Origin: Clostridiales bacterium
GTDB taxonomy: Bacteria > Bacillota > Clostridia > Christensenellales > UBA1242
NCBI GenBank assembly: GCA_015055665.1
Contig: SVHX01000001.1
Location: 67,873-131,872 of the forward strand
Length of the DNA stretch: 64,000 nucleotides
Reading direction: 5' to 3'
Shown here: piece by piece, positions 1 to 7,221 of the stretch
Numbering within the stretch: the first letter of the stretch is position 1
Layout of the letters: the number at the start of each line of letters is the position of its first letter
Position numbers and translations under genes: made by a program
Notes under the pieces: generated by a model
The model's database searches: none
The model's input: the letters and a program-made list of their open reading frames with translations, nothing else
What the model was told of the DNA's origin: nothing

Positions 1-464
1 CTGGTTCGTGTATCAAAGTGCTCTTGCTCAAGCATAATCTTATCCCAGAACTCTCTAACTGGCCTAGACAAATCATGCGAAAGTCTGCTATATACTGTCC
101 ACATGAAAGTCCTCTGATTCTCCATGATAGACATAGCGGTATGATAGTTGTAATTCTTGAAGAGTGCTATTTTGTATTCGATATACGCACGAGCATATGG
201 ATTGGCATCTATAACAGTAATATCTTTAGCACCATATAATATTGCATTAAGTGCTTGATCTCCACTAGAGCCAACAGTTGCTACACGCTTATTTTTAAGA
301 TTGATATAACTAGGCTTCATTATTTCATCTAGAAATTCGTTAGTCATTGGATAACACCTATCTGCAATAGATGTATCATAATCAGTTCGCTTGGAATCAG
401 GGGCAAAAATCATATTAGAAAGATAATCGTATTCTTTATCATCATAATATTGTATATCGTCCAT
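1..464 (-). CDS. BtaA/DUF3419-like SAM-binding Rossmann-fold protein, array copy 9 (N-terminal ~154 aa only; the rest lies beyond the left window edge)
   Basis: Absent from the ORF track because it is open at the edge. My minus-strand translation from ATG 464-462 (SD GAGGAGG 6 nt upstream) reads MDDIQYYDDKEYDYLS..DRCYPMTNEFL..KRVATVGSSGDQALNAILYGAKDITVIDANPYARAYIEYKIALFKN..SHDLSRPVREFWDKIMLEQ. These are the same N-terminal motifs as in the eight complete copies. Confidence 0.8.
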   Translation of the reverse strand, partial: MDDIQYYDDKEYDYLSNMIFAPDSKRTDYDTSIADRCYPMTNEFLDEIMKPSYINLKNKRVATVGSSGDQALNAILYGAKDITVIDANPYARAYIEYKIALFKNYNYHTAMSIMENQRTFMWTVYSRLSHDLSRPVREFWDKIMLEQEHFDTRT

Positions 465-499
465 AAATTACCTCCTCATAATTACTAATTGCAAGAATT

Positions 500-1432
500 T
501 TACATACAAGAGCTAGTCCAACTAAATCTTGGCTCAGTTTCGCCCATAGGCTTGTTAACGAGTATACATCTAGTTCCTTTGGGATCAACTGGGACTTCGA
601 TTGTTTCAAGATCGGCAAATATACTCTTGTATGATTCCCACGGATATACAAGTTCATAATGCACTTGAATCTTTCCTCCGGGATTAAGATTGTTATCGTA
701 CAGCCTATCAACTGTATAGCCAAATGTTTCTATATCAACATAATCAATTATATTAGATAGCAATATCATATCAAACTTACCTTGTAATTCGTCTGGGAAT
801 TCATAAACATCAGCGGTTATAAAGTTAAGTTCGAAATCCCCACTTTTAAGGATATTCCTTAGTTTGTTGTAGTTTGCTTCATTTTGATATATACTTATCT
901 TCTTAGTAGAGTGGCTATGTAGCATATTACGTTCTATGTCCATATCGTCAAAGCCATTATCACACCAAGAAACATGCTCACCGGCTTGTTCAAGAATAAT
1001 TTTGTCCCAGAATTGTCGTGTGGGCTCAGATAAGTCATGAGAAATCTTACGATACACACTCCAATGGAACAACCCTCCGATATCTAGGAGTAATTCGGTA
1101 GTGGTATCATAATCAAAATTCTTAATCATGGCAATCTTATATTCAATAAATGCTCTAGAATAAGCATTGGCATCAATAATAGTGACGTCTTTTGCACCAT
1201 TTTGAAGTGCAACTAATGCCTGATCTCCACTAGATCCAACCGTTGCAACTCTTTTGCCAGTTAGATCAAAATAGTACTTATTAATAAAACTATCCAAATG
1301 CTCATTTGTAGTTGGATAACAACGCTCTGTTGTGTTGTTATCATAATCATTTCTCTTAGCACTAGCATAATATAATACTTTGTCTGTAAGATAATCGTAT
1401 TCAATATCTTCGTAATAATTAGGTTGATTCAT
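500..1432 (-). CDS. BtaA/DUF3419-like SAM-binding Rossmann-fold protein, array copy 8
   Basis: 310-aa ORF with SD GGAGA upstream. Motifs: YYEDIEYDYLT, CYPTTNE, KRVATVGSSGDQALVAL, DVTIIDANAYSRAFIEYKIAMIKN, ISHDLSEPTRQFWDKIILEQ, FDMILLSNIIDYV, LNPGGKIQ. Confidence 0.85.
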   Translation of the reverse strand: MNQPNYYEDIEYDYLTDKVLYYASAKRNDYDNNTTERCYPTTNEHLDSFINKYYFDLTGKRVATVGSSGDQALVALQNGAKDVTIIDANAYSRAFIEYKIAMIKNFDYDTTTELLLDIGGLFHWSVYRKISHDLSEPTRQFWDKIILEQAGEHVSWCDNGFDDMDIERNMLHSHSTKKISIYQNEANYNKLRNILKSGDFELNFITADVYEFPDELQGKFDMILLSNIIDYVDIETFGYTVDRLYDNNLNPGGKIQVHYELVYPWESYKSIFADLETIEVPVDPKGTRCILVNKPMGETEPRFSWTSSCM

Positions 1433-1458
1433 ATTTTTCTCCGTTGTGATTTGTTAAA

Positions 1459-2382
1459 TTAATATCCTTTTCCTTCATCTTCTTTTGAAATATAATAGGA
1501 ATAAGTATCTTTGAATTCTTTAACTTCATGTTTTAGTTTGGTTGGATTATGATATTCCCATAAAAAATTATAGTGTGCTTTTTTATTGTAATTATACGCG
1601 TATTGTATTTTGCCTTCAGGATTCAGATGCTTACGCAAATCTTTAATAAGAGTTATGAACGAATAGTAATTTACGTAATGTATTATATTAGAAAGAAATA
1701 TATAATCATAAGTTCCATCAAGACATTTATCAAAGTCAAACACATCAGCGTTAACAAAGTGAAGTTTATAATCATCATTTTTAAGTATTTGTTGTAATTT
1801 TTCATATGCGTAGTTATATCTATAAAAACTTGATGTTTTTAATGCGTACTCTTGAATTAATTTACGGTAGATATTAAATGAGCTTGCAGAATCAGAAATA
1901 GATCTATTATCCTGTTCAAGAATAATTTTATCCCAGAAATTTCTAATTGTCAGAGGCAAATCATGAGAAATGCTTCTATAAATTCTCCAATCAAACATTT
2001 TTGAGCCCAAAATGTTCCAAAATTGGTTTTTATTAAAATTCTTCATAAGAGCAATCTTGTATTCAACAAAAGCTCTTGTAAACGGATTTCCATCTATTAA
2101 AGTAATATCTCTAGAACCATAATATAATGCATTAAGTGCTTGATCTCCACTAGAGCCAACTGTAGCAACTCTTTTACCCGCCATATTCCTTGGCATATGC
2201 CCATATAGTAGTTCGTTGCTTGTAGGATAACATTTGTCTGCTGTAGTGTTTGAATAATCGTTTAAAGAGTATAGATCATTGTCATTAAGAATAATATAAC
2301 CAAGATAATCGTAATCACTATCGTCATATAAGTCTATATCAGGATTGTCGAAGTAATTTGGATTCAGCCTCTTATTAATCAT
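1459..2382 (-). CDS. BtaA/DUF3419-like SAM-binding Rossmann-fold protein, array copy 7
   Basis: 307-aa ORF with SD AGGAGA. Motifs: NPDIDLYDDSDYDYLG, CYPTSNE, KRVATVGSSGDQALNALYYG, ITLIDGNPFTRAFVEYKIALMKN, ISHDLPLTIRNFWDKIILEQ, YDYIFLSNIIHYV, LNPEGKIQ. Confidence 0.85.
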   Translation of the reverse strand: MINKRLNPNYFDNPDIDLYDDSDYDYLGYIILNDNDLYSLNDYSNTTADKCYPTSNELLYGHMPRNMAGKRVATVGSSGDQALNALYYGSRDITLIDGNPFTRAFVEYKIALMKNFNKNQFWNILGSKMFDWRIYRSISHDLPLTIRNFWDKIILEQDNRSISDSASSFNIYRKLIQEYALKTSSFYRYNYAYEKLQQILKNDDYKLHFVNADVFDFDKCLDGTYDYIFLSNIIHYVNYYSFITLIKDLRKHLNPEGKIQYAYNYNKKAHYNFLWEYHNPTKLKHEVKEFKDTYSYYISKEDEGKGY

Positions 2383-2421
2383 TATTTTTCTCCTGTTTTT
2401 TTAGGTGGCGGAATTTCTTAG

Positions 2422-3387
2422 TTACCTGCCCATTTCTTTTTCTTTAGAATTTTGTTTTTTTGTTAGAAAATACGCGTAATGTCCATTACAGTATTTTATT
2501 TTTGCTTTTTGTTTGATTCTAGGGGATGTAAGAAGACAAAATCTTTCATGAGGTCCAAATCTATAAGTATAATTATATTGGATTATGCCGTTGGGATTAA
2601 GTTTCAAATCTCTTAGCCTCTGTAAAAATTGTGTGTACTTATGATAATCTGTATATTCCATTATATTGGATAATAATATTGCATCATATCTCCCCTTCAA
2701 TGCAGAGTTAAAATCGTAAACATCTGCATTTTTAAACTCAAGATTAAAATCACCCTCTCGCAGTATTCGCTGAAGTTTTTTGTATGCTAATGGGTATTTG
2801 TAGAAGGAAGAAGACTTAAACGGGTAATCGTTACATAACCTATAATATATATTTACCGGTTGCAAATCGTCAGGATTATATGAGCCATTATGTCCTTCAG
2901 ATTGTTCGAGCATTATTTTGTCCCAAAAATATCTTGCCTCTTCACTTAGATCATGAGATATTCTTGCATATGTTTCCCAACTAAATAACTTGGTTGTAAA
3001 CTGCTTATCAAGTAATTTCCAGAATTCTCTATATCCTAGATTTTTAATTAACGCCATCTTGTATTCCACGAAAGCTCTAGTATATGGATTGCCGTCAATC
3101 AGTGTTACATCCTTAGATCCATAAAATAATGCGTTAAGTGCTTGATCTCCACTTGAACCTACTGTTGCAACACGCTTGTTCTTTAGGTGCATACGACTCA
3201 TATAACTGTCTAAATGCTCGTTACTAGTAGCATAACACCCTTCACCTGTGGGATTATTATATTGAGTTGTTTGAAAACCATAATCTTTATCTATGATTTT
3301 AGATGTTAGATAATCGTAATCGCTAAAATCATACAAATCTATGTTAGGGTTGTCAAAATGTGATCGATTAAGTTTATTATTTAACAT
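2422..3387 (-). CDS. BtaA/DUF3419-like SAM-binding Rossmann-fold protein, array copy 6
   Basis: I trimmed the ORF-track start (3405) to ATG 3387 (MLNNKLNRSHFDNPNIDLYDFSDYDYLT), which has GGAGG 6 nt upstream. Motifs: CYATSNE, KRVATVGSSGDQALNALFYG, VTLIDGNPYTRAFVEYKMALIKN, ISHDLSEEARYFWDKIMLEQ, YDAILLSNIMEY, LNPNGIIQ. Confidence 0.85.
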   Translation of the reverse strand: MLNNKLNRSHFDNPNIDLYDFSDYDYLTSKIIDKDYGFQTTQYNNPTGEGCYATSNEHLDSYMSRMHLKNKRVATVGSSGDQALNALFYGSKDVTLIDGNPYTRAFVEYKMALIKNLGYREFWKLLDKQFTTKLFSWETYARISHDLSEEARYFWDKIMLEQSEGHNGSYNPDDLQPVNIYYRLCNDYPFKSSSFYKYPLAYKKLQRILREGDFNLEFKNADVYDFNSALKGRYDAILLSNIMEYTDYHKYTQFLQRLRDLKLNPNGIIQYNYTYRFGPHERFCLLTSPRIKQKAKIKYCNGHYAYFLTKKQNSKEKEMGR

Positions 3388-4327
3388 TATCTTCCTCCAA
3401 ATCATCTACTTGAGCTTCTGGTTTGTTAAGTATCCATGCGTACATTTTATGGTTGTGTGTGTGAGGAATTTTTTCTATTAGTTTGCGATATTTTTTCTTA
3501 TTAAAATAATCTAACAATTTATCCCCAGATTTCATGTGAAAATCGTAATGATATTGCATTTTGCCACCTGTATTTAGATTGTTTTTATATAATCTTTTTA
3601 GCGTGCTAACAAAATTACTATCATCACAATAATCAAATATATTGCTTAGCATGATTACATCATATTTTCCATCCAGCAATTTAGGAAAGTCATTATAATC
3701 ACAAGTGATGTAATTGATATTATAATCACCATTAATTAGTTTGTCTTGAAGCATCTTATACAAATGATTATTGAGATAAAACACGCTATTATGAAATCGA
3801 GCAGTTTGGGCAATTAGAGTGGCATGAATCTGAAAGTCAGTTGCTACTCTAATATCAAAATCTGTACCTTGTTCTAATATTAACTTATCCCAAAATATTT
3901 GTACGGGTTTAGATAAATCATGTGAAATTCTTCTGTATGTTTTATAATTAAACATAAATGTTTCGTCATAATCAAAATAAGAACTAAATTCATCTAGATC
4001 CATATTCTTAATCATGGCAATTTTATATTCAATATAAGCTCTAGCATATGGGTTGCCGTCAATTAAGGTTATATCTTTTGCGCCATAATATATAGCATTA
4101 AGTAATTGATCTCCACTGGAGCCTACCGTTGCAACCTTTTTGTCTCTCATATCAAGTGAATTCATATAGCTAATAAGATCTTCATTACTCATGTCGTAGA
4201 TATGTCGTTCGGGCATATTATATTTGTAATTTTCAAAAGTTAATAGCGGATATTTTTCGTCAATGGTATTAAGTGCAAAAGCCGAAAGATAATCGTAGTC
4301 TGTATCATAATAATCTACTTTTGACAT
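3377..4327 (-). CDS. BtaA/DUF3419-like SAM-binding Rossmann-fold protein, array copy 5
   Basis: 316-aa ORF with SD AAGGAGG. Motifs: YYDTDYDYLS, KKVATVGSSGDQLLNAIYYG, ITLIDGNPYARAYIEYKIAMIKN, ISHDLSKPVQIFWDKLILEQ, YDVIMLSNIFDY, LNTGGKMQ. Its 3' end overlaps the start of copy 6 by 11 nt. Confidence 0.85.
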   Translation of the reverse strand: MSKVDYYDTDYDYLSAFALNTIDEKYPLLTFENYKYNMPERHIYDMSNEDLISYMNSLDMRDKKVATVGSSGDQLLNAIYYGAKDITLIDGNPYARAYIEYKIAMIKNMDLDEFSSYFDYDETFMFNYKTYRRISHDLSKPVQIFWDKLILEQGTDFDIRVATDFQIHATLIAQTARFHNSVFYLNNHLYKMLQDKLINGDYNINYITCDYNDFPKLLDGKYDVIMLSNIFDYCDDSNFVSTLKRLYKNNLNTGGKMQYHYDFHMKSGDKLLDYFNKKKYRKLIEKIPHTHNHKMYAWILNKPEAQVDDLEEDNVK

Positions 4328-4346
4328 AATAACCTCCTTTTAATTC

Positions 4347-5288
4347 TTACAATTGCATATTATCAATTTTATCAATATCTTTTGTTTTGTTTATAAACCA
4401 TACTCTAGTTGGAGGGAAGGTCCCCTCAACTGTATAGTAGTTATAATCGAAGTTGGTGTAAAAGTTTCGCCTTTTCCATATTCCGTTTCTTTTCATATCA
4501 TAATATACCTGAATCATCCCATCTTCACTTAGATTATCGTTGTATAGTTTAATAATGGTCTTTTCAAACTTCTCACTATCAAGACTATCGTATATGTAAT
4601 CATAAATATTAGAAAGTAGTATAGAGTCGTATTTTCCATCTAATTTCATAGGGAATTCACTTAATTCTGCTGTAATAAAAGATAGATTATAATCACCGCT
4701 TTTAAGAACATTCTGCATCTTTTTATAATTCTCAAATTTGTAAAATTCACTACTGCAGAATGGATAATCTTGTATCAAGATTCTATACATATCTTCAGAA
4801 GATAGTGTGGAGTTAGGACTATTGTCTTGTTCTATAATTAATTTATCCCAAAATCGTTGACTGTCCTTTGACAAATCATGAGATATTTGTCTGTATGTAA
4901 TCCAACTAAACAGATCTTTCTTGCTAGTCAAGATTTTATGGAATTTATTACAATCAAAGTTCTTAATCATGGCAATTTTATACTCTGTAAAAGCTCGTGA
5001 ATAAGGATTAGCATCAATTAGAGTTACATCCTTTGATCCATAATATATTGCATTGAGCGCTTGATCTCCGCTAGAGCCTACCGTTGCAACTCTCTTATCT
5101 TTTAGAGGCATAAAATACATATAGTTTTCCAAATTCTCGTTACTAGTTATATAACACGCGGAAACTGTGCAATTTATACAATTTTCTTCATCAATGTCTT
5201 TAGTTAAAACCTTTTCGGTAAGATAATCATATTCACTGTCTTCATATAAATCTATATCTGGATTATTAATATAATCTGTCTTTAACAT
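4347..5288 (-). CDS. BtaA/DUF3419-like SAM-binding Rossmann-fold protein, array copy 4
   Basis: 313-aa ORF with SD GAGGAGG. Motifs: NPDIDLYEDSEYDYLT, CYITSNE, KRVATVGSSGDQALNAIYYG, VTLIDANPYSRAFTEYKIAMIKN, ISHDLSKDSQRFWDKLIIEQ, YDSILLSNIYDY. Confidence 0.85.
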   Translation of the reverse strand: MLKTDYINNPDIDLYEDSEYDYLTEKVLTKDIDEENCINCTVSACYITSNENLENYMYFMPLKDKRVATVGSSGDQALNAIYYGSKDVTLIDANPYSRAFTEYKIAMIKNFDCNKFHKILTSKKDLFSWITYRQISHDLSKDSQRFWDKLIIEQDNSPNSTLSSEDMYRILIQDYPFCSSEFYKFENYKKMQNVLKSGDYNLSFITAELSEFPMKLDGKYDSILLSNIYDYIYDSLDSEKFEKTIIKLYNDNLSEDGMIQVYYDMKRNGIWKRRNFYTNFDYNYYTVEGTFPPTRVWFINKTKDIDKIDNMQL

Positions 5289-5299
5289 AACATCCTCCT

Positions 5300-6247
5300 C
5301 TACATTGTTGATTCTGGAAAAACTTGCTCCATTACATTAGGTTTGTTTATAACCCAAACATGACTGCCCCAGCGCACATCAATTGTTTCAAAATCTAATT
5401 CAGATAATCTTGCCTTTAGACCTCCACCACCTTTACTAGAACAGAGCTCGTAGTGTGCTTGAATTTTGCCTCCAGGATTTAGTTTGTTATCATATAAATC
5501 TCGTACGATCGTAGCAAATACGTCGCCATCTTCGTAATCATAAATATTGCTTAAGATAATAGTATCAAATGTACCGTCTAGATCATGAACGAAATTACGG
5601 AGGTCAGAACAAATATAATTAACATTGAAATTATTATCACGCAACAACTTTTGCAAATAGTTATATGATGACTTAAATTTATAAAAATCACTATTTGAGT
5701 AGAAAGTACCTGGATGACACAATGTTACATATGTATTATAAGCAGTTGTATCCATAATGTCCCGAGATTGTTCTAATATAATTTTATCCCAGAACTGTCG
5801 AACAGGTTTACTCAAATCATGAGAGATCTTCCTATAGGTATAATAATTAAATATATCCATGCTAATATTGTCTCCTGACACCGACTTAAATTCTTCATAT
5901 GACAAATTCTTAAGTAGTGCCAGCTTGTATTCAACAAAAGCTCGACTGTATGGATTACCGTCTATAAGTGTAATGTCTTCTGACCCATAGTATATAGCAT
6001 TTAGTAATTGATCTCCACTCGATCCCACAGTAGCTACGCGTTTATCCATCATGTTAAGTCTTTTCATATATGCACTTAAGAGCTCGTTGCTAGTTGTATA
6101 ACATTTTAACTCTGCTGTGTTGGGTTGTTGAGCTTCTGCTAAATACAAAGGATGTGTATTAGTATCTTTATCGTCATAATTATATAAGTTAAAAATATAA
6201 TCTGTTAGATAATCATATTCTGTATCATAGAAATCAAATTTGTCCAT
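5300..6247 (-). CDS. BtaA/DUF3419-like SAM-binding Rossmann-fold protein, array copy 3
   Basis: 315-aa ORF with SD GGGGAG. Motifs: FYDTEYDYLT, CYTTSNE, KRVATVGSSGDQLLNAIYYG, ITLIDGNPYSRAFVEYKLALLKN, ISHDLSKPVRQFWDKIILEQ, FDTIILSNIYDY, LNPGGKIQ. Confidence 0.85.
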   Translation of the reverse strand: MDKFDFYDTEYDYLTDYIFNLYNYDDKDTNTHPLYLAEAQQPNTAELKCYTTSNELLSAYMKRLNMMDKRVATVGSSGDQLLNAIYYGSEDITLIDGNPYSRAFVEYKLALLKNLSYEEFKSVSGDNISMDIFNYYTYRKISHDLSKPVRQFWDKIILEQSRDIMDTTAYNTYVTLCHPGTFYSNSDFYKFKSSYNYLQKLLRDNNFNVNYICSDLRNFVHDLDGTFDTIILSNIYDYEDGDVFATIVRDLYDNKLNPGGKIQAHYELCSSKGGGGLKARLSELDFETIDVRWGSHVWVINKPNVMEQVFPESTM

Positions 6248-6258
6248 TATTAACTCCC

Positions 6259-7221
6259 CTATTCCATACTAGCATCACATTGCTCTATAGCATTTTCTCT
6301 TGGTTTGTGTAGTATGTATGCTCCCATTGGCACTGCTGGTTTATCTAATTTGTATCCTTTGAAATATTCAATTAATTCTTCTGGAAAGTATCTATAACTA
6401 AACGAATAATCTACTTGCATCACTCCACCTGGATTTAATCTACTATTGTATAGATCTTTGGCGTGTCTACAAAAGTTATAATGATCAACATAATCATAAA
6501 TATTAGATAGCATTATTACATCAAACTTGCCATCTAGCACCTCATCAAAATTGCTAATATCTGATCTAATAAAATTTAAGGTAAAATACCCTTTCCTTAA
6601 TATATCTTGTAACTTATTATAGTTTTCTTGACTTGAAATATAATTAACACCTACTTCACAATCAAACTGTATTAATTCCAAACTAATAGCTGCCGCCGTT
6701 ACTCGTTTCGCGTAATATTCTTCACAAAAATCGGTTGAATCGTTATATCCTCCTTGGTATTCTAGATATATTCTGTCCCAGAATTCTTGAGCTGGCTTAG
6801 ACAGGTCGTGAGATATTTTCTTATATATATTAATATCGAATAGCTTAGTGCGAGGATCGTCTATTAAATCAATATATGTAGCATAATCAAGATTCTTGAT
6901 CATAGCCATTTTGTACTCAGCAAATGCTCTTGAATAATAATTGGCATCAATAAGCGTAACATCTTTCGCACCGAGCAATAGAGAATCTAACATTTGATCA
7001 CCGCTAGATCCCACAGTTGCAACTCTCTTACCTTCGAAATATTCTCGTTTCATAAATGCCTTGAGGTCTTCGTTACTAGTTAAATAGCATGTATCGCGTA
7101 TATCGTTGAAACATATATAAGAATCAGTGTCAAGAAATCTACCTGTAAGATAATCATAATAACTAAGGTCATAGCAATTGTCTGGTATAAATAGGTCTTC
7201 TAATTCACTATAATTAATCAT
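6259..7221 (-). CDS. BtaA/DUF3419-like SAM-binding Rossmann-fold protein, array copy 2
   Basis: 320-aa ORF. Its ATG overlaps the stop of copy 1 (ATGA at 7218-7221), and GGAGG lies 4 nt upstream. Motifs: YDLSYYDYLT, CYLTSNE, KRVATVGSSGDQMLDSLLLG, VTLIDANYYSRAFAEYKMAMIKN, ISHDLSKPAQEFWDRIYLEY, FDVIMLSNIYDYV, LNPGGVMQ. Confidence 0.85.
   Translation of the reverse strand: MINYSELEDLFIPDNCYDLSYYDYLTGRFLDTDSYICFNDIRDTCYLTSNEDLKAFMKREYFEGKRVATVGSSGDQMLDSLLLGAKDVTLIDANYYSRAFAEYKMAMIKNLDYATYIDLIDDPRTKLFDINIYKKISHDLSKPAQEFWDRIYLEYQGGYNDSTDFCEEYYAKRVTAAAISLELIQFDCEVGVNYISSQENYNKLQDILRKGYFTLNFIRSDISNFDEVLDGKFDVIMLSNIYDYVDHYNFCRHAKDLYNSRLNPGGVMQVDYSFSYRYFPEELIEYFKGYKLDKPAVPMGAYILHKPRENAIEQCDASME

Noticed and set aside
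442-723. 93-aa minus-strand ORF spanning the copy 8 / copy 9 junction.
   Set aside because: It is an alternative frame overlapping the 3' end of copy 8 (500-1432) and the start region of copy 9. It has no SD and no motif, and the paralog frames explain the region.
3388-3405. Longer N-terminal extensions offered by the ORF track for several genes: 3405, 11534, 13654, 21227, 21844, 28163, 32801, 35821, 41159, 44561 and 60063.
   Set aside because: In each case an internal ATG has a well-spaced SD and gives the family-typical N-terminus. The extended starts overlap the upstream gene or lack an SD. I trimmed the coordinates accordingly, so start positions remain predictions.
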